Below are positions 8,010-16,568 of a stretch of DNA of 30,262 nucleotides, one piece after another. The notes below the pieces were generated by a model. The model had not been told where the DNA came from, did not search any database, and saw only the letters and a list, made by a program, of their open reading frames with translations. The DNA lies in the NCBI GenBank assembly GCA_027023325.1, contig JALVVQ010000257.1:1-30262 (forward strand), written 5' to 3'. The stretch is from Campylobacteraceae bacterium (GTDB lineage Bacteria > Campylobacterota > Campylobacteria > Campylobacterales > Sulfurovaceae). Position 1 is the stretch's first letter, and every line of letters starts with the position of its first letter. A program made the position numbers and the translations under genes.

Positions 8010-8507
8010 CTAATGTGCTACTTTGTTTCTCAAGAACAGTTCTCTCTTTTTGATGCCAAGCAGAGGATCTTTGGTGAGATTAGGGTAGGTAGCATGGATA
8101 CCCTTGCCATCATCCCCATGGCATCCACCACAGATGCTGGTATAAAAGCCTACGGCATCATCAGGGTAGGGTTGTTTGCATTTTCTTCCGGAAAGTGTCA
8201 TGACATAGCAGGCGATCTTTTCCGCCTCCTCGCGAGGTGCATAGCCACCTTCCATCACCTCATTCTTTTTGAATTGCAATTGTGTGGAGCCGTGATTGAT
8301 GACATCCATGATATACTGCTTGAGAGTCGTATCGCTTCGGATGAGAGCAAGCTCCTCTTTGGTGTGTGAGGTACGATGTGTTTGAATATGTTTTGCGTAT
8401 GTGTTGTTGGATTTTGTTTTTGATTGTTTCTTGTCCTGCTGCTTGGCATTGTATGCGGCATAGCCAAAGATGAGCAGCAGGACAAAGAAAGGAGTGAGTT
8501 TTTGCAT
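8010..8507 (-). CDS. Membrane-anchored monoheme c-type cytochrome, CcoP-like
   Basis: N-terminal hydrophobic anchor and a single CxxCH (CGGCH) followed by GDDGKG...YPNLT. Confidence 0.7.
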   Translation of the reverse strand: MQKLTPFFVLLLIFGYAAYNAKQQDKKQSKTKSNNTYAKHIQTHRTSHTKEELALIRSDTTLKQYIMDVINHGSTQLQFKKNEVMEGGYAPREEAEKIACYVMTLSGRKCKQPYPDDAVGFYTSICGGCHGDDGKGIHATYPNLTKDPLLGIKKRELFLRNKVAH

Positions 8508-8532
8508 CGTATGGCTAGGCCAGGCGCTATGC

Positions 8533-8814
8533 TTAGCCGTTGTTTTTGCCTACATAGGCAGCGACATGCCCAGGGATACCACCGGGAGGGACAAGTGCGA
8601 TCTTGTCTCCGTCTTTGAGTTTCGTATCTTTGGGCATGATACGATGGTTGACAAAGACCGCTTCTACTTCATCGTCACGCAGCCCTACCTGCTCCAAAAG
8701 TTGATAAAGGGTAATCTCTTCCATGATCTCTAGTGGTGAGGTGGAGCAGTCTATGCCTTTGTCGTTGAGCTGCTGTTTGAGAAATGAGAATGCACTGAAT
8801 TTGATAGTGGCCAT
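8533..8814 (-). CDS. MoaD/ThiS family ubiquitin-like protein
   Basis: Beta-grasp signature VEAVFVNHRIMPKDTKLKDGDKIALVPPGG. AAGGA RBS. Confidence 0.75.
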   Translation of the reverse strand: MATIKFSAFSFLKQQLNDKGIDCSTSPLEIMEEITLYQLLEQVGLRDDEVEAVFVNHRIMPKDTKLKDGDKIALVPPGGIPGHVAAYVGKNNG

Positions 8815-8834
8815 GGTGTCTTCCTTGATTGTGA

Positions 8835-8852
8835 TAGCGTAAGTATACGCTA
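8835..8852. promoter_or_regulatory. Perfect palindrome TAGCGTA-AGTA-TACGCTA overlapping a minus-strand TATACT -10; candidate operator
   Basis: 7-bp arms read directly in the divergent promoter region. Function is inferred. Confidence 0.45.
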
Positions 8853-8927
8853 AATGTGGTTGGAGTTTATTGATATGTATTGGGTGGTTTATCTCTAAAA
8901 GCTATAATGTAGCCCAAAGGAGCAGCC

Positions 8928-9371
8928 ATGAAAAAAGTGATACTATCGATACTCTTATGGGTGAGTCTCAGCTTCAGTGTAGAGGCGCAAGAGATCAGAG
9001 CAGATGTGATCAAGGTTACGGTGACGGGGAAGAGTGCTTACCGATTCAATGTGACACTAGAGAGTGATGAGACAGGATGCCAGCAGTATGCCGACTGGTG
9101 GGAAGTATTGGATGCCCAAGGCACGCTTCTCTACCGTCGCATCCTTTTTCATTCTCACCCTGATGATCAGCCCTTTACCCGCTCTGGTGGCAATATTGCG
9201 CTGAAGCCTGAGCAAAAAGTCTATGTGCGCGGACATATGAATAAACTGGGATATGTAGGAGATGTGTTTGAGGGGTCTGTCTCTTTTGGTTTTAAAAAAG
9301 CAGTGAAGCCACCTTTATTCCCCAAAGCTTTGGAAAAGCAGGCACCGCTGCCTGATGGGTGTGCTTTTTAG
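8928..9371 (+). CDS. Secreted hypothetical protein
   Basis: Sec signal peptide ending VEA-Q, AAGGAG RBS and TATAAT at 8903-8908. Contains GCQQYADWWEV...RRILFHSHPDDQPFTRSG, but no function was recognised. Confidence 0.75.
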   Translation: MKKVILSILLWVSLSFSVEAQEIRADVIKVTVTGKSAYRFNVTLESDETGCQQYADWWEVLDAQGTLLYRRILFHSHPDDQPFTRSGGNIALKPEQKVYVRGHMNKLGYVGDVFEGSVSFGFKKAVKPPLFPKALEKQAPLPDGCAF

Positions 9372-10033
9372 TCTAAAGGTGCCGTATTTTGGAGCCATTG
9401 ACTCAGAGGTGTGAGTGCTTCTGTCTTTTTTGGCTTACTCTTGATAATATCGGCAAAACTTTTGACTCCCATTGAGAGCAGATACTGCAAGTTGTCGTCA
9501 AAGGTTGCTCCTTCGATGACATAGATATTGTCCTTGTGTACCTCAAACATATAGCCTCCGTTGGGAATAGGAGACATGGAGAGAGTGACGGTGTAGTGGT
9601 CTTGGATGATGCTCTCCTTTTGGGAGTACATGAGTCCTATGTTATACCCTTCATTGGCAAAGCCGCGAATGGCAACGACGAGTACCTGGTTTTCTCCTTG
9701 TTTGGAGGAATTGAAGATACCTACCAGATCTTTGATGGTTTTGTAGCCGGGGATTTTCTCCAGTAGCCTCTCAAAGAATCCTGCCAGTCTGGTACGCATA
9801 AAATGCCCGATGAGGTAGAGGATGAGGAAAAAGACCAGCAACACCAAGATAAACCAGAGATATTCATGGTTCTGTGGTGTGAACCCGACAAAGTTCAGTG
9901 CCCAGTTGACGAGTCGGTCTATCTTGCCATAGAGCCAGAGGATCAGTACTGCCACGATCACAAGTGGCAGGAGACCAAAAAGACCTTGTAGGGCAGTGTG
10001 GGTAAAGTGTTTTAAAAGAGAGTTTTGTTTCAT
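9368..10033 (-). CDS. DUF502 (COV1-like) membrane protein
   Basis: Two N-terminal TM segments, LLEKIPGYKTIKDL and SPIPNGGY motifs. Confidence 0.75.
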   Translation of the reverse strand: MKQNSLLKHFTHTALQGLFGLLPLVIVAVLILWLYGKIDRLVNWALNFVGFTPQNHEYLWFILVLLVFFLILYLIGHFMRTRLAGFFERLLEKIPGYKTIKDLVGIFNSSKQGENQVLVVAIRGFANEGYNIGLMYSQKESIIQDHYTVTLSMSPIPNGGYMFEVHKDNIYVIEGATFDDNLQYLLSMGVKSFADIIKSKPKKTEALTPLSQWLQNTAPLD

Positions 10034-10090
10034 AGGTATGGTTCCTTGTTATATGCTAGATGCATATCTTACACTATCTTGGCTTGAGTT

Positions 10091-10115
10091 ATTGCCACTC
10101 TTGAAGATTGGCAAT
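10091..10115. other. Intergenic hairpin ATTGCCA-C-TCTT-G-AAGA-T-TGGCAAT
   Basis: Near-perfect inverted repeat between nadE and the DUF502 gene. It has no U-tract, so it is not a clear intrinsic terminator. Confidence 0.5.
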
Positions 10116-10130
10116 GATATCTTCCATCCT

Positions 10131-10226
10131 GTAGGGTGTTGTCCCCCGACAACACCAATAAGTCGCAATAGATGAAATTTTTTTATACATTCGAAGTTTT
10201 GGTGTTGTGAGGGCACAACACCCTGC
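10131..10226. mobile_element. REPIN-like doublet: two inverted 26-nt REP-like units (10131-10156 on +, 10201-10226 on -) around a 44-nt AT-rich spacer
   Basis: GTAG-GGTGTTGTC-CCCC-GACAACACC faces GCAG-GGTGTTGTG-CCCT-CACAACACC. Mobility is inferred from architecture only. Confidence 0.7.
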
Positions 10227-10301
10227 GGTTCCATTTGTGTATTTTACTCTAAGAATAATGATGTAAATATTTTTCATATGTCATTTTTTCACTATATTGA
10301 A

Positions 10302-12197
10302 TCACTCCAACTCCTCTAACCACGCCTCAACATCCGCATCACTAGCCATCCGCCAATCCGCTCTAGGGCTCAGAGAGATAGTGCCGACTTTGGGCCCATC
10401 AGGCATACAGCTGCGCTTGAACTGCTGGGTGAAAAAGCGTCGCAGGAATACTTTGAGCCATTTGGTGATGGTGTCCTCGTTATATTTCCCCTCGAATGCC
10501 AAGCCAGCCAAGAAGCGTATCTTGGTGGGTTTGGCGCCGTATTTGATGAAGTGGTAGAGGAAGAAGTCATGCAGCTCATAAGGGCCTACGATGGCTTCTG
10601 TCTCTTGGGTGATGGTGTCATCATTGGCAGGGAGGAGTTCTGGGCTGATGGGGGTAGTGAGAATATCATCGATGATGTCGGCAATGGACTCGTTGGATTT
10701 GTAGTATTCGATGACATACTTTATGAGGGTTTTTGGGATGCCGCTGTTGAGGGCATACATACTCATGTGGTCACCGTTGTAGGTGCTCCATCCTAGAGCG
10801 ATCTCGCTGAGGTCACCGGTGCCGATGACCAGTCCACCCTCTTTGTTCGCCATGTTCATGAGGATGCTTGTCCTGACTCTGGCTTGGACATTTTCGTATA
10901 CAACGCTGAGTTCCTCTGGGTCATGTTCGATCGCTTCAAACTCTTTGAGCGCGAGCTCTGTGATATCGACGGTCTTGAGTGTGACGCCCAAGGCTTCGCA
11001 GAGTTTGATGGCATTGGATTTGGTGCGGCTGGTGGTACCAAATCCTGGCATGGTGACAGCGATGATTTCTCTGGCATCCCATCCCATGATCTCATAGGCC
11101 TTGTGCGTAGAGAGCAGTGCCAGTGTAGAGTCCAACCCTCCGCTGATACCGATGAGGGCTTTGGGGATCTTGGCATGGCGCATGCGCTTGATAAGTCCGT
11201 GGGCTTGTATCTGGACGATCTCATCACAACGGGCTGTTTTGTCTGCGTGTATGGAGGGGACAAAAGGGGCAGGGTTGATTGTTCTTTCCAGTGTGCTGAT
11301 CTCTGGTAGTTTACCTACGGTGATTGTGCGTGTCTTTTTGCGTCTGCCATCACTGTAGCTAGACTCAGCGAGCCTGAGAAATCGCAGCTTTTCCAGATCG
11401 ATATCCGCAGTGATGAGATGACTTTGTTGGCTGAAGCGTTCATTTTCTGCCACCGTACTGCCATACTCTGCGATGAGGGCATGTCCCCCAAAGACGGTAT
11501 CGGTAGAGGATTCGCCCACACCTGCGGAGCTATAGATATAGGCAGCCATGCAGCGTGCGCTCTGAGTGCGTACGAGCTCTTCACGGTAGGCGTGCTTGCC
11601 TATGAGTTCGTTGCTGGCAGAGAGGTTGAGTAGGAGGTTCGCACCATTGCTTGCCATGTGATTGCTCGGTGGAGTGACCGCCCAGAGGTCTTCACATAGC
11701 TCGACCCCCAAGGTCATATCTGCCTTGTCTGTAAAGAGCAGATCGACACCAAAGGGTACTTCATGATCCAGTATAGTGGTGGTGCTTCTGACGATATCTC
11801 GTCCTGTGACAAAGTGGCGTTTTTCATAGAACTCTTTGGTGTTGGGGAGGTAGGACTTGGGGATGAGTCCCAGCATCTGCCCGTTTTGGATCACTACGGC
11901 ACAGTTGTAGAGTCTGTCTGCTTCCAGCAGGGCATATCCGATGACTGCGATGGTAGAGATATCTTGGGTCTGTTCCAATAGCCCTTGAAGCGCACTGTCT
12001 TGAGCTTCAAGCAGGGTTTGATTGGCAAACAGATCGTGTGTGGTGTAGCCCGTCAATGTGAGTTCTGGGAAGACAACCACACAGACCTCTTTTTTCTCTG
12101 CTTGTCTAATGAGAGAGAGAACCTCGGTTGCATTTTTGCTAGGATTGGCTACTGTGGTGTGGTTGACAGCGGCTGCGACTCGGTAATATCCGTACAT
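10302..12197 (-). CDS. nadE: Glutamine-dependent NAD+ synthetase
   Basis: N-terminal nitrilase domain (FPELTLTGY, EKRHF, ELCEDLW) and synthetase domain (GISGGLDS, ENVQAR, GTGDLSE, PISPEL, QQFKRSCMPDGPK). Confidence 0.95.
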   Translation of the reverse strand: MYGYYRVAAAVNHTTVANPSKNATEVLSLIRQAEKKEVCVVVFPELTLTGYTTHDLFANQTLLEAQDSALQGLLEQTQDISTIAVIGYALLEADRLYNCAVVIQNGQMLGLIPKSYLPNTKEFYEKRHFVTGRDIVRSTTTILDHEVPFGVDLLFTDKADMTLGVELCEDLWAVTPPSNHMASNGANLLLNLSASNELIGKHAYREELVRTQSARCMAAYIYSSAGVGESSTDTVFGGHALIAEYGSTVAENERFSQQSHLITADIDLEKLRFLRLAESSYSDGRRKKTRTITVGKLPEISTLERTINPAPFVPSIHADKTARCDEIVQIQAHGLIKRMRHAKIPKALIGISGGLDSTLALLSTHKAYEIMGWDAREIIAVTMPGFGTTSRTKSNAIKLCEALGVTLKTVDITELALKEFEAIEHDPEELSVVYENVQARVRTSILMNMANKEGGLVIGTGDLSEIALGWSTYNGDHMSMYALNSGIPKTLIKYVIEYYKSNESIADIIDDILTTPISPELLPANDDTITQETEAIVGPYELHDFFLYHFIKYGAKPTKIRFLAGLAFEGKYNEDTITKWLKVFLRRFFTQQFKRSCMPDGPKVGTISLSPRADWRMASDADVEAWLEELE

Positions 12198-12226
12198 CTA
12201 TCTTCTCCATAGGGGAAATGAAGCAT

Positions 12227-12250
12227 GGTGCGTTGGCAAACACACCCTAC
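12227..12250 (-). repeat. GTAG REP-like hairpin (GTAG-GGTGTGTT-TGCC-AACGCACC)
   Basis: 8-bp stem with one G-T pair, upstream of the nadE RBS. Confidence 0.75.
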
Positions 12251-12259
12251 AGTGCTTGT

Positions 12260-12282
12260 ATTTTATCATAAGTTGTTATAAT
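12260..12282. promoter_or_regulatory. Back-to-back extended -10 elements: TGaTAAAAT (minus, 12260-12268, nadE) and TGtTATAAT (plus, 12274-12282, SpoU gene)
   Basis: Consensus matches in the short divergent intergenic region. Confidence 0.55.
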
Positions 12283-12310
12283 CTTCTAAAAATCCAAATA
12301 CAGGTATCCT

Positions 12311-13093
12311 ATGAACCTTATAGAGATAGAAAACCTAGAACTTCCCGAACTCCAAATCTACCGCAAGATGCGTGGCAATGCTTTTGATGTGGATAATAGT
12401 TTTATCGCAGATAGCCCCAAGGTTGTCAATATGTTACTGGAGGGTGACATAGGTGTGAACAGTATCTTGGCAACGCATGCCTATTATGAAGAGCATAGGG
12501 CACTTATCGAGCGCAGCAAGGTTCCCAAATGTTATGTGGGGGAGAAGGCGCTACTGGAGACCATCGTAGGGCACAGTATACACCATAATGTCATGATGCA
12601 TGGCAGGCGACCTGAGAATGTGCCGCTGGAGCAGATGGGAGACCGTATCATCATGCTGGATGCCTTGAGCAATATGGAGAATGTCGGAGCGATAGCCCGT
12701 AGTGCCGCAGCCCTGGGTGTGGACTCTATGATGTTACCAGTGGCTGCACCTCACCCGTATGGTAGAAGAGCCATACGGGTGTCGATGGGATATGTAAGTC
12801 GGTTGCAGATCCACCGTTTTGAGCATCTGGAGCAGAGTATCATCAAGCTAAAAGCGCTAGGATATACGATCTACGCAGCAGAAGCAGACGAGGGTGCCAT
12901 GACATTGTCAACCCTTGACACTGTGCCTGACAAATGGGTTGTCATCATGGGCAATGAAGAGAGAGGCGTGTCAAGAGAGATCCTGGCATTGTGTGACCAG
13001 ACACTGCAGATCGAGATGGCTTCAGGCATCAAGAGTTTTAATGTCTCGATCGCAGCTTCAATCATCATGCATTGGTTGGTGGTAAAACCGTAG
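12311..13093 (+). CDS. TrmH/SpoU family RNA 2'-O-methyltransferase
   Basis: SPOUT motifs SNMENVGAIARSA, VIMGNEERG and SFNVSIAA. Confidence 0.88.
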   Translation: MNLIEIENLELPELQIYRKMRGNAFDVDNSFIADSPKVVNMLLEGDIGVNSILATHAYYEEHRALIERSKVPKCYVGEKALLETIVGHSIHHNVMMHGRRPENVPLEQMGDRIIMLDALSNMENVGAIARSAAALGVDSMMLPVAAPHPYGRRAIRVSMGYVSRLQIHRFEHLEQSIIKLKALGYTIYAAEADEGAMTLSTLDTVPDKWVVIMGNEERGVSREILALCDQTLQIEMASGIKSFNVSIAASIIMHWLVVKP

Positions 13094-13110
13094 GATGGGG
13101 TGCCCCACTC
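13090..13110 (+). repeat. Degenerate GTAG REP-like hairpin (GTAG-GATGGGG-TGC-CCCACTC)
   Basis: GTAG includes the TAG stop of the SpoU gene. The stem is imperfect. Confidence 0.4.
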
Positions 13111-13129
13111 TGGACATACACCCCCTATA

Positions 13130-14929
13130 TTATTGAATCGTCTTAAGCTGCTTTGTAAACTGCTCAGGCGGAATAAATCCTGTGAAAAACTTATCACTCA
13201 ATGCCTTGCCTTTGCTATCAAAAAAGAGAATATTGGGCGCGCCAAAAAGACCATATTTTTTCAAAATAGCTTGCTCTTCAGGGGTATTTTTAGTGATGTC
13301 GATCTGGATGAACTTGAATCGCTCTAGCTCTTTTTTGACAGTGGGATCAGGGAAGGTGATATTTTCCAGTTCGGTACAGGCAGCACATCCCTCTTTGCCA
13401 ATATCGACAACCACTGGTTTGCCTGCCTTGTTCGCCTCTGCAACTTCTGTGAGGAGTCTTTCGACTGAGTAGCCTTGTCTGACGGATCGATCTTCTATCA
13501 CCTCTGTGGTGGCAACACCGCTTTTGGTGCCTGTAAATCTGTCTAGTGGGTGCAGTAAGGAGTGTGAGCCACTGACGGCACCCATGAAGAGCATGGCACC
13601 ATAAAGAAGCATCACCAATCCAGAAAGGGTAATCAATTTGGAAAGACCACTGCGTTTGTCACTGTTGTCAAAGACACCGATATACACTGCAGAGCCCATC
13701 AGTAGCAGAGATGCCAACAGCAGCGTAAGGCTAGGAGGCAATAGCCTTTCGACCATATAAAGTGCCATCATAAGCATGAGTACACCAAAGATCTGTGAGA
13801 TACGCATCATCCAGCCGCCGGGCTTGGGCATGAATTTGCCTGCACCCAGACCTACCAACAGTAGTGGTACTCCCATGCCTATACTCATTACAAAGAGTGC
13901 CAGCCCACCAAGGAATGCATCCCCAGTCTGAGAGATAAAGAGGATAGCCCCACCCAGCGGTGGCGCGACACAGGGGCCTACAATCAGCGCAGAGAGCACT
14001 CCCATGATAGCAGTGCCGAGGATACCTTTGCCCTGGGCATTGTCACTGGCAGAGCTGAGTTTGGATTGCCATGAGGCAGGCAGGCCGATCTCGAAAAAGC
14101 CGAAGAGGGAAAATGCCAGAGCTACGAACATGGCGGAAAAGAGGATAATGACCCAGGGCTTTGCCATGGCTGCCTGAATATCTGCGCCCACGAGACCAGC
14201 AATGACGCCCACCACCGTATAAGCCAAAGCCATGGCAAGCACATAGATAAGGGAGGTGAAAAAGGCTTTTCCGGGACTGGGCTTCTCCTCTTTGCCTGCC
14301 TGGGAAATAATGATGGAAGAAAGAATGGGGATCATAGGGAAGATGCAGGGTGTCAATGCCAAAAAGAGCCCAAAGACAAAGAAAAGCATAAGGATAAAGA
14401 AGGGATTTTCTTTGACCAGTACATCAGCGATCTTGCCAGTGTTTCCCTCTTGTGTCAGCCTGGATATCTTGGCAAAAAAGCTTTCAGGTTCTCCTTCATA
14501 GGCAAATGTGAACTTTCTCACCTGCGGCTGGTAGCAGATGCCACCATCAGAACAGCCAGTCATTTCGATAGCGAGGGTGTAGTCTTTGTTGACCTTGCTC
14601 TCTATCTCCTTGAGGGGAATGTCTACGGAGATATCATGGTAAATATCAAACTCCCCGTGTTTTTCAGTGGGTGGAAGCGTAGGTTTGAGTTCGGTTTGTA
14701 TGGGGTCAGTAATTTTGAAATGCAGGTCTTTGCCATAGATATAGATCTTGTCGCCCAGTGTGATCTTTGTTTTGATCTTGTCGCCCTCTTTGACGGCGCT
14801 GGCTTTGAAAGCCTCAGCAGGGGAGAGAAAACTTTGCTTGGGAAGCTTGAGCCCTCCGAATCCTTCCGCATGGCTTATGGTAGTAGCTAAAAGTATCGCA
14901 CACAGTAAAAAAATCTTCTTGAATGTCAT
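13130..14929 (-). CDS. dsbD: Thiol:disulfide interchange protein DsbD
   Basis: Alpha domain CSDGGICY, TM domain LTPCIFPMIPI and VGPCVAPPL, gamma domain GCAACTELE. Confidence 0.93.
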   Translation of the reverse strand: MTFKKIFLLCAILLATTISHAEGFGGLKLPKQSFLSPAEAFKASAVKEGDKIKTKITLGDKIYIYGKDLHFKITDPIQTELKPTLPPTEKHGEFDIYHDISVDIPLKEIESKVNKDYTLAIEMTGCSDGGICYQPQVRKFTFAYEGEPESFFAKISRLTQEGNTGKIADVLVKENPFFILMLFFVFGLFLALTPCIFPMIPILSSIIISQAGKEEKPSPGKAFFTSLIYVLAMALAYTVVGVIAGLVGADIQAAMAKPWVIILFSAMFVALAFSLFGFFEIGLPASWQSKLSSASDNAQGKGILGTAIMGVLSALIVGPCVAPPLGGAILFISQTGDAFLGGLALFVMSIGMGVPLLLVGLGAGKFMPKPGGWMMRISQIFGVLMLMMALYMVERLLPPSLTLLLASLLLMGSAVYIGVFDNSDKRSGLSKLITLSGLVMLLYGAMLFMGAVSGSHSLLHPLDRFTGTKSGVATTEVIEDRSVRQGYSVERLLTEVAEANKAGKPVVVDIGKEGCAACTELENITFPDPTVKKELERFKFIQIDITKNTPEEQAILKKYGLFGAPNILFFDSKGKALSDKFFTGFIPPEQFTKQLKTIQ

Positions 14930-15001
14930 CTTTGTACTCTCTTTTAAAGGTTGTTAGTGTAAAACTATATCCAAGAATGATAAACAATAACAGTGTAGTA
15001 A

Positions 15002-16501
15002 ATGTGCAAAGGGCAAGAGATGAATCAAAAAGAGATATCGTGGTATGCATGGGGCACAGATCCCTTTGATAAGGCAAAACAGGAAGAGAAGCCACTGTTG
15101 CTTTTTATTGGTTACAGGGGATGTTACTGGTGTGAGCAGATGGAGCGGGAATCTTTCGTTAATGATATAACGGTCTCTTTGGTAGAGGAGCATTGTATCG
15201 TGGTGCGTGTCGATAGCCATGAACGACCAGATATTGGTAGGCATTTTCACCGTGTATTTACACAGATGACTGGACGCGAAGCAAACTATCCGTTGGTGAT
15301 TTTCCTCTCGTCTGACAAGGTACCGCTGTATGCTGCAAGCTATCTGCCTGAGTCGAGCAGGGACGGAATGATGGGGCTAGGGGAGACTGTGACGCTGGTT
15401 GCGCAAAAATACCAGCAGCAAAGGGCACTGCTTCTGGAGAAGGGTCAAGAGATTCTAGATCTGCTACAGCCATCAAAGCAAAGTATCCAAGCAACCACAC
15501 TGCATGGTGGTATCGTCTCTGTCATTTCTGAGCAGATCAAAGTGCTTCATGACAGTGAGCATGGAGGGTTTGGAGAGAAGCCAAAATTTCCCAGACACTC
15601 TCTGTTGATGCTGGCACTGGATAGTTACAAGGAGACCAAAGATCCTGAAATTGCTGCCTTGCTTCGGCATACTTTGGATGCACTGACCAACAAGGGATTG
15701 CATGACAGAGAGGAAGGTGGATTTCATCGTTACTGTATGGACAAGGCATGGCAGGAGCCGCAGAGAGGGAAAATGCTCTATGACAATGCCTTGATGAGTG
15801 AGACACTGCTATGGGCATCGACACGGCTAGAAGAAGAACAATACGCCGCCATAGCACTAGAGACAGTGGAATTTATACGAAATAAACTGATGCTGGATGG
15901 GTGTTTCTGTGCTTTTTATGACGAAGGTGTGGTGAAGGATGAGAGAATAGTTGTCTCATGGAATGCTATGGCGATCAAAGCCTTTTTAATGGCTGGAAAG
16001 TGGGACAGGGTCTACAGACAAATGGGCATTGCTTCACTCTCCAAGTTGCTGGAGTTTGGGATGAAAGGAGGGGTACTGTACCACAGCTTTATCCGAGGAG
16101 AAGCACCCGCGACAGAGGCATTTTTGGAGGATTATGCCTATGTGGCTGAGGTACTGATCGTGGCATATGAAGAGACCGGAGAGGAGCACTATTTGGTCAA
16201 GGCTTCAGAGCTGATCAACGAGGCACTCAAGCAGTTTTTTAATCAAGGACAATGGTGCTATGCCAACAAAGAGGTGGTATTGCCTGCAGATACGGTCGAC
16301 GGAGACTATCCTGCTGCACTCTCTGTGATGGGTGCTGTCCTGCAAAAGGCTACGAAGCTTATCGATCCGGCGTATGAGAAGTTTTTGCAGCGTACGCTGG
16401 AGATACACTCCTATGAATTAATGAGACAGCCTGTCTCTATGCCTGCATTGGCAAGGACAGCGATGCAGAGCATACGCCCACAAGAGAAAATACAAATGTA
16501 A
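15002..16501 (+). CDS. Thioredoxin-domain protein of the DUF255/YyaL (SSP411-like) family, shortened; start may be the ATG at 15020
   Basis: WYAWG..., CYWCEQMERESF, VDSHERPDI, GGFGEKPKFP, GGFHRYC and KMLYDNAL, plus FLEDYAY. Confidence 0.75.
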   Translation: MCKGQEMNQKEISWYAWGTDPFDKAKQEEKPLLLFIGYRGCYWCEQMERESFVNDITVSLVEEHCIVVRVDSHERPDIGRHFHRVFTQMTGREANYPLVIFLSSDKVPLYAASYLPESSRDGMMGLGETVTLVAQKYQQQRALLLEKGQEILDLLQPSKQSIQATTLHGGIVSVISEQIKVLHDSEHGGFGEKPKFPRHSLLMLALDSYKETKDPEIAALLRHTLDALTNKGLHDREEGGFHRYCMDKAWQEPQRGKMLYDNALMSETLLWASTRLEEEQYAAIALETVEFIRNKLMLDGCFCAFYDEGVVKDERIVVSWNAMAIKAFLMAGKWDRVYRQMGIASLSKLLEFGMKGGVLYHSFIRGEAPATEAFLEDYAYVAEVLIVAYEETGEEHYLVKASELINEALKQFFNQGQWCYANKEVVLPADTVDGDYPAALSVMGAVLQKATKLIDPAYEKFLQRTLEIHSYELMRQPVSMPALARTAMQSIRPQEKIQM

Positions 16502-16509
16502 AGTAACAC

Positions 16510-16538
16510 TTGACACTTTATGATAAAAATGCTATACT
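16510..16538 (+). promoter_or_regulatory. Sigma70 promoter TTGACA-N17-TATACT (TG-extended) with a TTTAT-G-ATAAA dyad in the spacer
   Basis: -35 at 16510-16515, -10 at 16533-16538 and dyad at 16517-16527. AAGGAG RBS follows. Confidence 0.7.
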
Positions 16539-16568
16539 TTCATACTTTCCATACAAAAGGAGCATGGC

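Noticed and set aside
10049-10277. Two small minus-strand ORFs (61 and 62 aa) over the REPIN-like region
   Set aside because: Their CC/TTP-type motifs are just translations of the inverted repeats. They have no convincing RBS or family motif.
10297-12212. Numerous 70-140-aa plus-strand ORFs over nadE, and similar ones over dsbD, aas and trmA
   Set aside because: They are antisense or out-of-frame shadows of well-supported genes, without motifs or RBS support.
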